From Eledone cirrhosa (Eukaryota): 64,000 nt of DNA. Each line of letters starts with the position of its first letter. The first letter of the stretch is position 1. The notes under the pieces are model-generated. The model saw only the letters and a list, made by a program, of their open reading frames with translations, did no database searches and was not told the origin of the DNA. Location of the stretch: positions 15,695-79,694 of the forward strand of contig CAXHJY010001098.1 in assembly GCA_964016885.1 (NCBI GenBank), in the 5' to 3' direction. Below, one piece after another: positions 10,433 to 25,600 of this stretch. The position numbers and the translations under genes are program-made.

Positions 10433-13400
10433 TCACGCCACACATAGCCAATGAGTGTCTGCACATGTACCAGTAATTACAGATCGATCCGACCACGGGC
10501 GGCCGGCCCGCGATTGAAAAGGTAACTCCGCCGGCAAATCGTCATTTTTGGATTCGTTTTCTTCGAAGCACACCATTCGCCGGCGGACTTTGTTGACGTT
10601 TAACACGGTTTGGTTCCACAGCCACAACTATTGAATTTACGGAGATATCTTGCTGAAATTCACGCCACACATAGCCAATGAGTGTCTGCACATGTACCAG
10701 TAATTACAGATCGATCCGACCACGGGCGGCCGGCCCGCGATTGAAAAGGTAACTCCGCCGGCAAATCGTCATTTTTGGATTCGTTTTCTTCGAAGCACAC
10801 CATTCGCCGGCGGACTTTGTTGACGTTTAACACGGTTTGGTTCCACAGCCACAACTATTGATTTTACGGAGATATCTTGCTGAAATTCACGCCGCACATA
10901 GCCAATGAGTGTCTGCACATGTACCAGTAATTACAGATCGATCTGACCACGGGCGGCCGGCCCGCGATTGAAAAGGTAACTCCGCCGGCAAATCGTCATT
11001 TTTGGATTCGTTTTCTTCGAAGCACACCATTCGCCGGCGGACTTTGTTGACGTTTAACACGGTTTGGTTCCACAGCCACAACTATTGATTTTACGGAGAT
11101 ATCTTGCTGAAATTCACGCCGCACATAGCCAATGAGTGTCTGCACATGTACCAGTAATTACAGATCGATCCGACCACGGCCGGCCGGCCCGCGATTGAAA
11201 AGGTAACTCCGCCGGCAAATCGTCATTTTTGGATTCGTTTTCTTCGAAGCACACCATTCGCCGGCGGACTTTGTTGACGTTTAACACGGTTTGGTTCCAC
11301 AGCCACAACTATTGGTTTTACGGAGATATCTTGCTGAAATTCACGCCACACATAGCCAATGAGTGTCTGCACATCTACCAGTAATTACAGATCGATCCGA
11401 CCACGGGCGGCCGGCCCGCGATTGAAAAGGTAACTCCGCCGGCAAATCGTCATTTTTGGATTCGTTTTCTTCGAAGCACACCATTCGCCGGCGGACTTTG
11501 TTGACGTTTAACACGGTTTGGTTCCACAGCCACAACTATTGAATTTACGGAGATATCTTGCTGAAATTCACGCCACACATAGCCAATGAGTGTCTGCACA
11601 TGTACCAGTAATTACAGATCGATCCGACCACGGGCGGCCGGCCCGCGATTGAAAAGGTAACTCCGCCGGCAAATCGTCATTTTTGGATTCGTTTTCTTCG
11701 AAGCACACCATTCGCCGGCGGACTTTGTTGACGTTTAACACGGTTTGGTTCCACAGCCACAACTATTGATTTTACGGAGATATCTTGCTGAAATTCACGC
11801 CGCACATAGCCAATGAGTGTCTGCACATGTACCAGTAATTACAGATCGATCTGACCACGGGCGGCCGGCCCGCGATTGAAAAGGTAACTCCGCCGGCAAA
11901 TCGTCATTTTTGGATTCGTTTTCTTCGAAGCACACCATTCGCCGGCGGACTTTGTTGACGTTTAACACGGTTTGGTTCCACAGCCACAACTATTGAATTC
12001 ACGGAGATATCTTGCTGAAATTCACGCCACACATAGCCAATGAGTGTCTGCACATGTACCAGTAATTACAGATCGATCCGACCACGGGCGGCCGGCCCGC
12101 GATTGAAAAGGTAACTCCGCCGGCAAATCGTCATTTTTGGATTCGTTTTCTTCGAAGCACACCATTCGCCGGCGGACTTTGTTGACGTTTAACACGGTTT
12201 GGTTCCACAGCCACAACTATTGATTTTACGGAGATATCTTGCTGAAATTCACGCCGCACATAGCCAATGAGTGTCTGCACATGTACCAGTAATTACAGAT
12301 CGATCCGACCACGGGCGGCCGGCCCGCGATTGAAAAGGTAACTCCGCCGGCAAATCGTCATTTTTGGATTCGTTTTCTTCGAAGCACACCATTCGCCGGC
12401 GGACTTTGTTGACGTTTAACACGGTTTGGTTCCACAGCCACAACTATTGATTTTACGGAGATATCTTGCTGAAATTCACGCCGCACATAGCCAATGAGTG
12501 TCTGCACATGTACCAGTAATTACAGATCGATCCGACCACGGGCGGCCGGCCCGCGATTGAAAAGGTAACTCCGCCGGCAAATCGTCATTTTTGGATTCGT
12601 TTTCTTCGAAGCACACCATTCGCCGGCGGACTTTGTTGACGTTTAACACGGTTTGGTTCCACAGCCACAACTATTGATTTTACGGAGATATCTTGCTGAA
12701 ATTCACGCCACACATAGCCAATGAGTGTCTGCACATGTACCAGTAATTACAGATCGATCCGACCACGGGCGGCCGGCCCGCGATTAAAAAGGTAACTCCG
12801 CCGGCAAATCGTCATTTTTGGATTCGTTTTCTTCGAAGCACACCATTCGCCGGCGGACTTTGTTGACGTTTAACACGGTTTGGTTCCACAGCCACAACTA
12901 TTGAATTTACGGAGATATCTTGCTGAAATTCACGCCACACATAGCCAATGAGTGTCTGCACATGTACCAGTAATTACAGATCGATCCGACCACGGGCGGC
13001 CGGCCCGCGATTGAAAAGGTAACTCCGCCGGCAAATCGTCATTTTTGGATTCGTTTTCTTCGAAGCACACCATTCGCCGGCGGACTTTGTTGACGTTTAA
13101 CACGGTTTGGTTCCACAGCCACAACTATTGATTTCACGGAGATATCTTGCTGAAATTCACGCCGCACATAGCCAATGAGTGTCTGCACATGTACCAGTAA
13201 TTACAGATCGATCTGACCACGGGCGGCCGGCCCGCGATTGAAAAGGTAACTCCGCCGGCAAATCGTCATTTTTGGATTCGTTTTCTTCGAAGCACACCAT
13301 TCGCCGGCGGACTTTGTTGACGTTTAACACGGTTTGGTTCCACAGCCACAACTATTGATTTTACGGAGATATCTTGCTGAAATTCACGCCACACATAGCC

Positions 13401-13610
13401 AATGAGTGTCTGCACATGTACCAGTAATTACAGATCGATCCGACCACGGGCGGCCGGTCCGCGATTGAAAAGGTAACTCCGCCGGCAAATCGTCATTTTT
13501 GGATTCGTTTTCTTCGAAGCACACCATTCGCCGGCGGACTTTGTTGACGTTTAACACGGTTTGGTTCCACAGCCACAACTATTGAATTCACGGAGATATC
13601 TTGCTGAAAT

Positions 13611-16600
13611 TCACGCCACACATAGCCAATGAGTGTCTGCACATGTACCAGCAATTACAGATCGATCCGACCACGGGCGGCCGGCCCGCGATTGAAAAGG
13701 TAACTCCGCCGGCAAATCGTCATTTTTGGATTCGTTTTCTTCGAAGCACACCATTCGCCGGCGGACTTTGTTGACGTTTAACACGGTTTGGTTCCACAGC
13801 CACAACTATTGATTTTACGGAGATATCTTGCTGAAATTCACGCCGCACATAGCCAATGAGTGTCTGCACATGTACCAGTAATTACAGATCGATCCGACCA
13901 CGGGCGGCCGGCCCGCGATTGAAAAGGTAACTCCGCCGGCAAATCGTCATTTTTGGATTCGTTTTCTTCGAAGCACACCATTCGCCGGCGGACTTTGTTG
14001 ACGTTTAACACGGTTTGGTTCCACAGCCACAACTATTGATTTTACGGAGATATCTTGCTGAAATTCACGCCGCACATAGCCAATGGGTGTCTGCACATGT
14101 ACCAGTAATTACAGATCGATCCGACCACGGGCGGCCGGCCCGCGATTGAAAAGGTAACTCCGCCGGCAAATCGTCATTTTTGGATTCGTTTTCTTCGAAG
14201 CACACCATTCGCCGGCGGACTTTGTTGACGTTTAACACGGTTTGGTTCCACAGCCACAACTATTGAATTCACGGAGATATCTTGCTGAAATTCACGCCAC
14301 ACATAGCCAATGAGTGTCTGCACATGTACCAGTAATTACAGATCGATCCGACCACGGGCGGCCGGCCCGCGATTGAAAAGGTAACTCCGCCGGCAAATCG
14401 TCATTTTTGGATTCGTTTTCTTCGAAGCACACCATTCGCCGGCGGACTTTGTTGACGTTTAACACGGTTTGGTTCCACAGCCACAACTATTGATTTTACG
14501 GAGATATCTTGCTGAAATTCACGCCGCACATAGCCAATGAGTGTCTGCACATGTACCAGTAATTACAGATCGATCCGACCACGGGCGGCCGGCCCGCGAT
14601 TGAAAAGGTAACTCCGCCGGCAAATCGTCATTTTTGGATTCGTTTTCTTCGAAGCACACCATTTGCCGGCGGACTTTGTTGACGTTTAACACGGTTTGGT
14701 TCCACAGCCACAACTATTGATTTTATGGAGATATCTTGCTGAAATTCACGCCGCACATAGCCAATGAGTGTCTGCACATGTACCAGTAATTACAGATCGA
14801 TCCGACCACGGGCGGCCGGTCCGCGATTGAAAAGGTAACTCCGCCGGCAAATCGTCATTTTTGGATTCGTTTTCTTCGAAGCACACCATTCGCCGGCGGA
14901 CTTTGTTGACGTTTAACACGGTTTGGTTCCACAGCCACAACTATTGAATTCACGGAGATATCTTGCTGAAATTCACGCCACACATAGCCAATGAGTGTCT
15001 GCACATGTACCAGTAATTACAGATCGATCCGACCACGGGCGGCCGGCCCGCGATTGAAAAGGTAACTCCGCCGGCAAATCGTCATTTTTGGATTCGTTTT
15101 CTTCGAAGCACACCATTCGCCGGCGGACTTTGTTGACGTTTAACACGGTTTGGTTCCACAGCCACAACTATTGATTTTACGGAGATATCTTGCTGAAATT
15201 CACGCCGCACATAGCCAATGAGTGTCTGCACATGTACCAGTAATTACAGATCGATCTGACCACGGGCGGCCGGCCCGCGATTGAAAAGGTAACTCCGCCG
15301 GCAAATCGTCATTTTTGGATTCGTTTTCTTCGAAGCACACCATTTGCCGGCGGACTTTGTTGACGTTTAACACGGTTTGGTTCCACAGCCACAACTATTG
15401 ATTTTATGGAGATATCTTGCTGAAATTCACGCCGCACATAGCCAATGAGTGTCTGCACATGTACCAGTAATTACAGATCGATCCGACCACGGGCGGCCGG
15501 TCCGCGATTGAAAAGGTAACTCCGCCGGCAAATCGTCATTTTTGGATTCGTTTTCTTCGAAGCACACCATTCGCCGGCGGACTTTGTTGACGTTTAACAC
15601 GGTTTGGTTCCACAGCCACAACTATTGAATTCACGGAGATATCTTGCTGAAATTCACGCCACACATAGCCAATGAGTGTCTGCACATGTACCAGTAATTA
15701 CAGATCGATCCGACCACGGGCGGCCGGCCCGCGATTGAAAAGGTAACTCCGCCGGCAAATCGTCATTTTTGGATTCGTTTTCTTCGAAGCACACCATTCG
15801 CCGGCGGACTTTGTTGACGTTTAACACGGTTTGGTTCCACAGCCACAACTATTGATTTTACGGAGATATCTTGCTGAAATTCACGCCGCACATAGCCAAT
15901 GAGTGTCTGCACATGTACCAGTAATTACAGATCGATCTGACCACGGGCGGCCGGCCCGCGATTGAAAAGGTAACTCCGCCGGCAAATCGTCATTTTTGGA
16001 TTCGTTTTCTTCGAAGCACACCATTCGCCGGCGGACTTTGTTGACGTTTAACACGGTTTGGTTCCACAGCCACAACTATTGATTTTACGGAGATATCTTG
16101 CTGAAATTCACGCCGCACATAGCCAATGAGTGTCTGCACATGTACCAGTAATTACAGATCTATCCGACCACGGGCGGCCGGCCCGCGATTGAAAAGGTAA
16201 CTCCGCCGGCAAATCGTCATTTTTGGATTCGTTTTCTTCGAAGCACACCATTCGCCGGCGGACTTTGTTGACGTTTAACACGGTTTGGTTCCACAGCCAC
16301 AACTATTGAATTCACGGAGATATCTTGCTGAAATTCACGCCACACATAGCCAATGAGTGTCTGCACATGTACCAGTAATTACAGATCGATCCGACCACGG
16401 GCGGCCGGCCCGCGATTGAAAAGGTAACTCCGCCGGCAAATCGTCATTTTTGGATTCGTTTTCTTCGAAGCACACCATTCGCCGGCGGACTTTGTTGACG
16501 TTTAACACGGTTTGGTTCCACAGCCACAACTATTGATTTTACGGAGATATCTTGCTGAAATTCACGCCGCACATAGCCAATGAGTGTCTGCACATGTACC

Positions 16601-19600
16601 AGTAATTACAGATCGATCCGACCACGGGCGGCCGGCCCGCGATTGAAAAGGTAACTCCGCCGGCAAATCGTCATTTTTGGATTCGTTTTCTTCGAAGCAC
16701 ACCATTCGCCGGCGGACTTTGTTGACGTTTAACACGGTTTGGTTCCACAGCCACAACTATTGATTTTACGGAGATATCTTGCTGAAATTCACGCCGCACA
16801 TAGCCAATGGGTGTCTGCACATGTACCAGTAATTACAGATCGATCCGACCACGGGCGGCCGGCCCGCGATTGAAAAGGTAACTCCGCCGGCAAATCGTCA
16901 TTTTTGGATTCGTTTTCTTCGAAGCACACCATTCGCCGGCGGACATTGTTGACGTTTAACACGGTTTGGTTCCACAGCCACAACTATTGATTTTACGGAG
17001 ATATCTTGCTGAAATTCACGCCACACATAGCCAATGAGTGTCTGCACATGTACCAGTAATTACAGATCGATCCGACCACGGGCGGCCGGCCCGCGATTGA
17101 AAAGGTAACTCCGCCGGCAAATCGTCATTTTTGGATTCGTTTTCTTCGAAGCACACCATTCGCCGGCGGACTTTGTTGACGTTTAACACGGTTTGGTTCC
17201 ACAGCCACAACTATTGATTTTACGGAGATATCTTGCTGAAATTCACGCCGCACATAGCCAATGAGTGTCTGCACATGTACCAGTAATTACAGATCGATCC
17301 GACCACGGGCGGCCGGCCCGCGATTGAAAAGGTAACTCCGCCGGCAAATCGTCATTTTTGGATTCGTTTTCTTCGAAGCACACCATTCGCCGGCGGACTT
17401 TGTTGACGTTTAACACGGTTTGGTTCCACAGCCACAACTATTGAATTCACGGAGATATCTTGCTGAAATTCACGCCACACATAGCCAATGAGTGTCTGCA
17501 CATGTACCAGTAATTACAGATCGATCCGACCACGGGCGGCCGGCCCGCGATTGAAAAGGTAACTCCGCCGGCAAATCGTCATTTTTGGATTCGTTTTCTT
17601 CGAAGCACACCATTCGCCGGCGGACTTTGTTGACGTTTAACACGGTTTGGTTCCACAGCCACAACTATTGATTTTACGGAGATATCTTGCTGAAATTCAC
17701 GCCGCACATAGCCAATGAGTGTCTGCACATGTACCAGTAATTACAGATCGATCCGACCACGGGCGGCCGGCCCGCGATTGAAAAGGTAACTCCGCCGGCA
17801 AATCGTCATTTTTGGATTCGTTTTCTTCGAAGCACACCATTTGCCGGCGGACTTTGTTGACGTTTAACACGGTTTGGTTCCACAGCCACAACTATTGATT
17901 TTATGGAGATATCTTGCTGAAATTCACGCCGCACATAGCCAATGAGTGTCTGCACATGTACCAGTAATTACAGATCGATCCGACCACGGGCGGCCGGTCC
18001 GCGATTGAAAAGGTAACTCCGCCGGCAAATCGTCATTTTTGGATTCGTTTTCTTCGAAGCACACCATTCGCCGGCGGACTTTGTTGACGTTTAACACGGT
18101 TTGGTTCCACAGCCACAACTATTGAATTCACGGAGATATCTTGCTGAAATTCACGCCACACATAGCCAATGAGTGTCTGCACATGTACCAGTAATTACAG
18201 ATCGATCCGACCACGGGCGGCCGGCCCGCGATTGAAAAGGTAACTCCGCCGGCAAATCGTCATTTTTGGATTCGTTTTCTTCGAAGCACACCATTCGCCG
18301 GCGGACTTTGTTGACGTTTAACACGGTTTGGTTCCACAGCCACAACTATTGATTTTACGGAGATATCTTGCTGAAATTCACGCCGCACATAGCCAATGAG
18401 TGTCTGCACATGTACCAGTAATTACAGATCGATCTGACCACGGGCGGCCGGCCCGCGATTGAAAAGGTAACTCCGCCGGCAAATCGTCATTTTTGGATTC
18501 GTTTTCTTCGAAGCACACCATTTGCCGGCGGACTTTGTTGACGTTTAACACGGTTTGGTTCCACAGCCACAACTATTGATTTTATGGAGATATCTTGCTG
18601 AAATTCACGCCGCACATAGCCAATGAGTGTCTGCACATGTACCAGTAATTACAGATCGATCCGACCACGGGCGGCCGGTCCGCGATTGAAAAGGTAACTC
18701 CGCCGGCAAATCGTCATTTTTGGATTCGTTTTCTTCGAAGCACACCATTCGCCGGCGGACTTTGTTGACGTTTAACACGGTTTGGTTCCACAGCCACAAC
18801 TATTGAATTCACGGAGATATCTTGCTGAAATTCACGCCACACATAGCCAATGAGTGTCTGCACATGTACCAGTAATTACAGATCGATCCGACCACGGGCG
18901 GCCGGCCCGCGATTGAAAAGGTAACTCCGCCGGCAAATCGTCATTTTTGGATTCGTTTTCTTCGAAGCACACCATTCGCCGGCGGACTTTGTTGACGTTT
19001 AACACGGTTTGGTTCCACAGCCACAACTATTGATTTTACGGAGATATCTTGCTGAAATTCACGCCGCACATAGCCAATGAGTGTCTGCACATGTACCAGT
19101 AATTACAGATCGATCTGACCACGGGCGGCCGGCCCGCGATTGAAAAGGTAACTCCGCCGGCAAATCGTCATTTTTGGATTCGTTTTCTTCGAAGCACACC
19201 ATTCGCCGGCGGACTTTGTTGACGTTTAACACGGTTTGGTTCCACAGCCACAACTATTGATTTTACGGAGATATCTTGCTGAAATTCACGCCGCACATAG
19301 CCAATGAGTGTCTGCACATGTACCAGTAATTACAGATCTATCCGACCACGGGCGGCCGGCCCGCGATTGAAAAGGTAACTCCGCCGGCAAATCGTCATTT
19401 TTGGATTCGTTTTCTTCGAAGCACACCATTCGCCGGCGGACTTTGTTGACGTTTAACACGGTTTGGTTCCACAGCCACAACTATTGAATTCACGGAGATA
19501 TCTTGCTGAAATTCACGCCACACATAGCCAATGAGTGTCTGCACATGTACCAGTAATTACAGATCGATCCGACCACGGGCGGCCGGCCCGCGATTGAAAA

Positions 19601-22600
19601 GGTAACTCCGCCGGCAAATCGTCATTTTTGGATTCGTTTTCTTCGAAGCACACCATTCGCCGGCGGACTTTGTTGACGTTTAACACGGTTTGGTTCCACA
19701 GCCACAACTATTGATTTTACGGAGATATCTTGCTGAAATTCACGCCGCACATAGCCAATGAGTGTCTGCACATGTACCAGTAATTACAGATCGATCCGAC
19801 CACGGGCGGCCGGCCCGCGATTGAAAAGGTAACTCCGCCGGCAAATCGTCATTTTTGGATTCGTTTTCTTCGAAGCACACCATTCGCCGGCGGACTTTGT
19901 TGACGTTTAACACGGTTTGGTTCCACAGCCACAACTATTGATTTTACGGAGATATCTTGCTGAAATTCACGCCGCACATAGCCAATGGGTGTCTGCACAT
20001 GTACCAGTAATTACAGATCGATCCGACCACGGGCGGCCGGCCCGCGATTGAAAAGGTAACTCCGCCGGCAAATCGTCATTTTTGGATTCGTTTTCTTCGA
20101 AGCACACCATTCGCCGGCGGACATTGTTGACGTTTAACACGGTTTGGTTCCACAGCCACAACTATTGATTTTACGGAGATATCTTGCTGAAATTCACGCC
20201 ACACATAGCCAATGAGTGTCTGCACATGTACCAGTAATTACAGATCGATCCGACCACGGGCGGCCGGCCCGCGATTGAAAAGGTAACTCCGCCGGCAAAT
20301 CGTCATTTTTGGATTCGTTTTCTTCGAAGCACACCATTCGCCGGCGGACTTTGTTGACGTTTAACACGGTTTGGTTCCACAGCCACAACTATTGATTTTA
20401 CGGAGATATCTTGCTGAAATTCACGCCGCACATAGCCAATGAGTGTCTGCACATGTACCAGTAATTACAGATCGATCCGACCACGGGCGGCCGGCCCGCG
20501 ATTGAAAAGGTAACTCCGCCGGCAAATCGTCATTTTTGGATTCGTTTTCTTCGAAGCACACCATTCGCCGGCGGACTTTGTTGACGTTTAACACGGTTTG
20601 GTTCCACAGCCACAACTATTGATTTTACGGAGATATCTTGCTGAAATTCACGCCGCACATAGCCAATGAGTGTCTGCACATGTACCAGTAATTACAGATC
20701 TATCCGACCACGGGCGGCCGGCCCGCGATTGAAAAGGTAACTCCGCCGGCAAATCGTCATTTTTGGATTCGTTTTCTTCGAAGCACACCATTCGCCGGCG
20801 GACTTTGTTGACGTTTAACACGGTTTGGTTCCACAGCCACAACTATTGATTTTACGGAGATATCTTGCTGAAATTCACGCCGCACATAGCCAATGAGTGT
20901 CTGCACATGTACCAGTAATTACAGATCGATCCGACCACGGGCGGCCGGTCCGCGATTGAAAAGGTAACTCCGCCGGCAAATCGTCATTTTTGGATTCGTT
21001 TTCTTCGAAGCACACCATTCGCCGGCGGACTTTGTTGACGTTTAACACGGTTTGGTTCCACAGCCACAACTATTGAATTCACGGAGATATCTTGCTGAAA
21101 TTCACGCCACACATAGCCAATGAGTGTCTGCACATGTACCAGTAATTACAGATCGATCCGACCACGGGCGGCCGGCCCGCGATTGAAAAGGTAACTCCGC
21201 CGGCAAATCGTCATTTTTGGATTCGTTTTCTTCGAAGCACACCATTCGCCGGCGGACTTTGTTGACGTTTAACACGGTTTGGTTCCACAGCCACAACTAT
21301 TGAATTTACGGAGATATCTTGCTGAAATTCACGCCACACATAGCCAATGAGTGTCTGCACATGTACCAGTAATTACAGATCGATCCGACCACGGGCGGCC
21401 GGCCCGCGATTGAAAAGGTAACTCCGCCGGCAAATCGTCATTTTTGGATTCGTTTTCTTCGAAGCACACCATTCGCCGGCGGACTTTGTTGACGTTTAAC
21501 ACGGTTTGGTTCCACAGCCACAACTATTGATTTTATGGAGATATCTTGCTGAAATTCACGCCGCACATAGCCAATGAGTGTCTGCACATGTACCAGTAAT
21601 TACAGATCGATCCGACCACGGGCGGCCGGTCCGCGATTGAAAAGGTAACTCCGCCGGCAAATCGTCATTTTTGGATTCGTTTTCTTCGAAGCACACCATT
21701 CGCCGGCGGACTTTGTTGACGTTTAACACGGTTTGGTTCCACAGCCACAACTATTGAATTCACGGAGATATCTTGCTGAAATTCACGCCACACATAGCCA
21801 ATGAGTGTCTGCACATGTACCAGTAATTACAGATCGATCCGACCACGGGCGGCCGGCCCGCGATTAAAAAGGTAACTCCGCCGGCAAATCGTCATTTTTG
21901 GATTCGTTTTCTTCGAAGCACACCATTCGCCGGCGGACTTTGTTGACGTTTAACACGGTTTGGTTCCACAGCCACAACTATTGAATTTACGGAGATATCT
22001 TGCTGAAATTCACGCCACACATAGCCAATGAGTGTCTGCACATGTACCAGTAATTACAGATCGATCTGACCACGGGCGGCCGGCCCGCGATTGAAAAGGT
22101 AACTCCGCCGGCAAATCGTCATTTTTGGATTCGTTTTCTTCGAAGCACACCATTCGCCGGCGGACTTTGTTGACGTTTAACACGGTTTGGTTCCACAGCC
22201 ACAACTATTGATTTTACGGAGATATCTTGCTGAAATTCACGCCGCACATAGCCAATGAGTGTCTGCACATGTACCAGTAATTACAGATCGATCCGACCAC
22301 GGGCGGCCGGCCCGCGATTGAAAAGGTAACTCCGCCGGCAAATCGTCATTTTTGGATTCGTTTTCTTCGAAGCACACCATTCGCCGGCGGACTTTGTTGA
22401 CGTTTAACACGGTTTGGTTCCACAGCCACAACTATTGATTTTACGGAGATATCTTGCTGAAATTCACGCCGCACATAGCCAATGAGTGTCTGCACATGTA
22501 CCAGTAATTACAGATCGATCCGACCACGGGCGGCCGGCCCGCGATTGAAAAGGTAACTCCGCCGGCAAATCGTCATTTTTGGATTCGTTTTCTTCGAAGC

Positions 22601-25600
22601 ACACCATTCGCCGGCGGACATTGTTGACGTTTAACACGGTTTGGTTCCACAGCCACAACTATTGATTTTACGGAGATATCTTGCTGAAATTCACGCCACA
22701 CATAGCCAATGAGTGTCTGCACATGTACCAGTAATTACAGATCGATCCGAGCACGGGCGGCCGGCCCGCGATTGAAAAGGTAACTCCGCCGGCAAATCGT
22801 CATTTTTGGATTCGTTTTCTTCGAAGCACACCATTCGCCGGCGGACATTGTTGACGTTTAACACGGTTTGGTTCCACAGCCACAACTATTGATTTTACGG
22901 AGATATCTTGCTGAAATTCACGCCACACATAGCCAATGAGTGTCTGCACATGTACCAGTAATTACAGATCGATCCGACCACGGGCGGCCGGCCCGCGATT
23001 GAAAAGGTAACTCCGCCGGCAAATCGTCATTTTTGGATTCGTTTTCTTCGAAGCACACCATTCGCCGGCGGACTTTGTTGACGTTTAACACGGTTTGGTT
23101 CCACAGCCACAACTATTGAATTTACGGAGATATCTTGCTGAAATTCACGCCACACATAGCCAATGAGTGTCTGCACATGTACCAGTAATTACAGATCGAT
23201 CCGACCACGGGCGGCCGGCCCGCGATTGAAAAGGTAACTCCGCCGGCAAATCGTCATTTTTGGATTCGTTTTCTTCGAAGCACACCATTCGCCGGCGGAC
23301 TTTGTTGACGTTTAACACGGTTTGGTTCCACAGCCACAACTATTGATTTTATGGAGATATCTTGCTGAAATTCACGCCGCACATAGCCAATGAGTGTCTG
23401 CACATGTACCAGTAATTACAGATCGATCCGACCACGGGCGGCCGGTCCGCGATTGAAAAGGTAACTCCGCCGGCAAATCGTCATTTTTGGATTCGTTTTC
23501 TTCGAAGCACACCATTCGCCGGCGGACTTTGTTGACGTTTAACACGGTTTGGTTCCACAGCCACAACTATTGAATTCACGGAGATATCTTGCTGAAATTC
23601 ACGCCACACATAGCCAATGAGTGTCTGCACATGTACCAGTAATTACAGATCGATCCGACCACGGGCGGCCGGCCCGCGATTGAAAAGGTAACTCCGCCGG
23701 CAAATCGTCATTTTTGGATTCGTTTTCTTCGAAGCACACCATTCGCCGGCGGACTTTGTTGACGTTTAACACGGTTTGGTTCCACAGCCACAACTATTGA
23801 TTTTACGGAGATATCTTGCTGAAATTCACGCCGCACATAGCCAATGAGTGTCTGCACATGTACCAGTAATTACAGATCGATCTGACCACGGGCGGCCGGC
23901 CCGCGATTGAAAAGGTAACTCCGCCGGCAAATCGTCATTTTTGGATTCGTTTTCTTCGAAGCACACCATTCGCCGGCGGACTTTGTTGACGTTTAACACG
24001 GTTTGGTTCCACAGCCACAACTATTGATTTTACGGAGATATCTTGCTGAAATTCACGCCGCACATAGCCAATGAGTGTCTGCACATGTACCAGTAATTAC
24101 AGATCTATCCGACCACGGGCGGCCGGCCCGCGATTGAAAAGGTAACTCCGCCGGCAAATCGTCATTTTTGGATTCGTTTTCTTCGAAGCACACCATTCGC
24201 CGGCGGACTTTGTTGACGTTTAACACGGTTTGGTTCCACAGCCACAACTATTGATTTTACGGAGATATCTTGCTGAAATTCACGCCGCACATAGCCAATG
24301 AGTGTCTGCACATGTACCAGTAATTACAGATCGATCCGACCACGGGCGGCCGGTCCGCGATTGAAAAGGTAACTCCGCCGGCAAATCGTCATTTTTGGAT
24401 TCGTTTTCTTCGAAGCACACCATTCGCCGGCGGACTTTGTTGACGTTTAACACGGTTTGGTTCCACAGCCACAACTATTGAATTCACGGAGATATCTTGC
24501 TGAAATTCACGCCACACATAGCCAATGAGTGTCTGCACATGTACCAGTAATTACAGATCGATCCGACCACGGGCGGCCGGCCCGCGATTGAAAAGGTAAC
24601 TCCGCCGGCAAATCGTCATTTTTGGATTCGTTTTCTTCGAAGCACACCATTCGCCGGCGGACTTTGTTGACGTTTAACACGGTTTGGTTCCACAGCCACA
24701 ACTATTGATTTTACGGAGATATCTTGCTGAAATTCACGCCACACATAGCCAATGAGTGTCTGCACATGTACCAGTAATTACAGATCGATCCGACCACGGG
24801 CGGCCGGCCCGCGATTGAAAAGGTAACTCCGCCGGCAAATCGTCATTTTTGGATTCGTTTTCTTCGAAGCACACCATTCGCCGGCGGACTTTGTTGACGT
24901 TTAACACGGTTTGGTTCCACAGCCACAACTATTGATTTTACGGAGATATCTTGCTGAAATTCACGCCGCACATAGCCAATGAGTGTCTGCACATGTACCA
25001 GTAATTACAGATCGATCTGACCACGAGCGGCCGGCCCGCGATTGAAAAGGTAACTCCGCCGGCAAATCGTCATTTTTGGATTCGTTTTCTTCGAAGCACA
25101 CCATTCGCCGGCGGACTTTGTTGACGTTTAACACGGTTTGGTTCCACAGCCACAACTATTGATTTTACGGAGATATCTTGCTGAAATTCACGCCGCACAT
25201 AGCCAATGAGTGTCTGCACATGTACCAGTAATTACAGATCTATCCGACCACGGGCGGCCGGCCCGCGATTGAAAAGGTAACTCCGCCGGCAAATCGTCAT
25301 TTTTGGATTCGTTTTCTTCGAAGCACACCATTCGCCGGCGGACTTTGTTGACGTTTAACACGGTTTGGTTCCACAGCCACAACTATTGATTTTACGGAGA
25401 TATCTTGCTGAAATTCACGCCGCACATAGCCAATGAGTGTCTGCACATGTACCAGTAATTACAGATCGATCCGACCACGGGCGGCCGGTCCGCGATTGAA
25501 AAGGTAACTCCGCCGGCAAATCGTCATTTTTGGATTCGTTTTCTTCGAAGCACACCATTCGCCGGCGGACTTTGTTGACGTTTAACACGGTTTGGTTCCA

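Noticed and set aside
2261-21783. Extension of the 40-monomer (9,080-bp) period into the left domain (2261/11341 and 12703/21783 marker spacings)
   Set aside because: The intervening monomer orders and domain-specific alleles do not match, so these equal spacings look coincidental.
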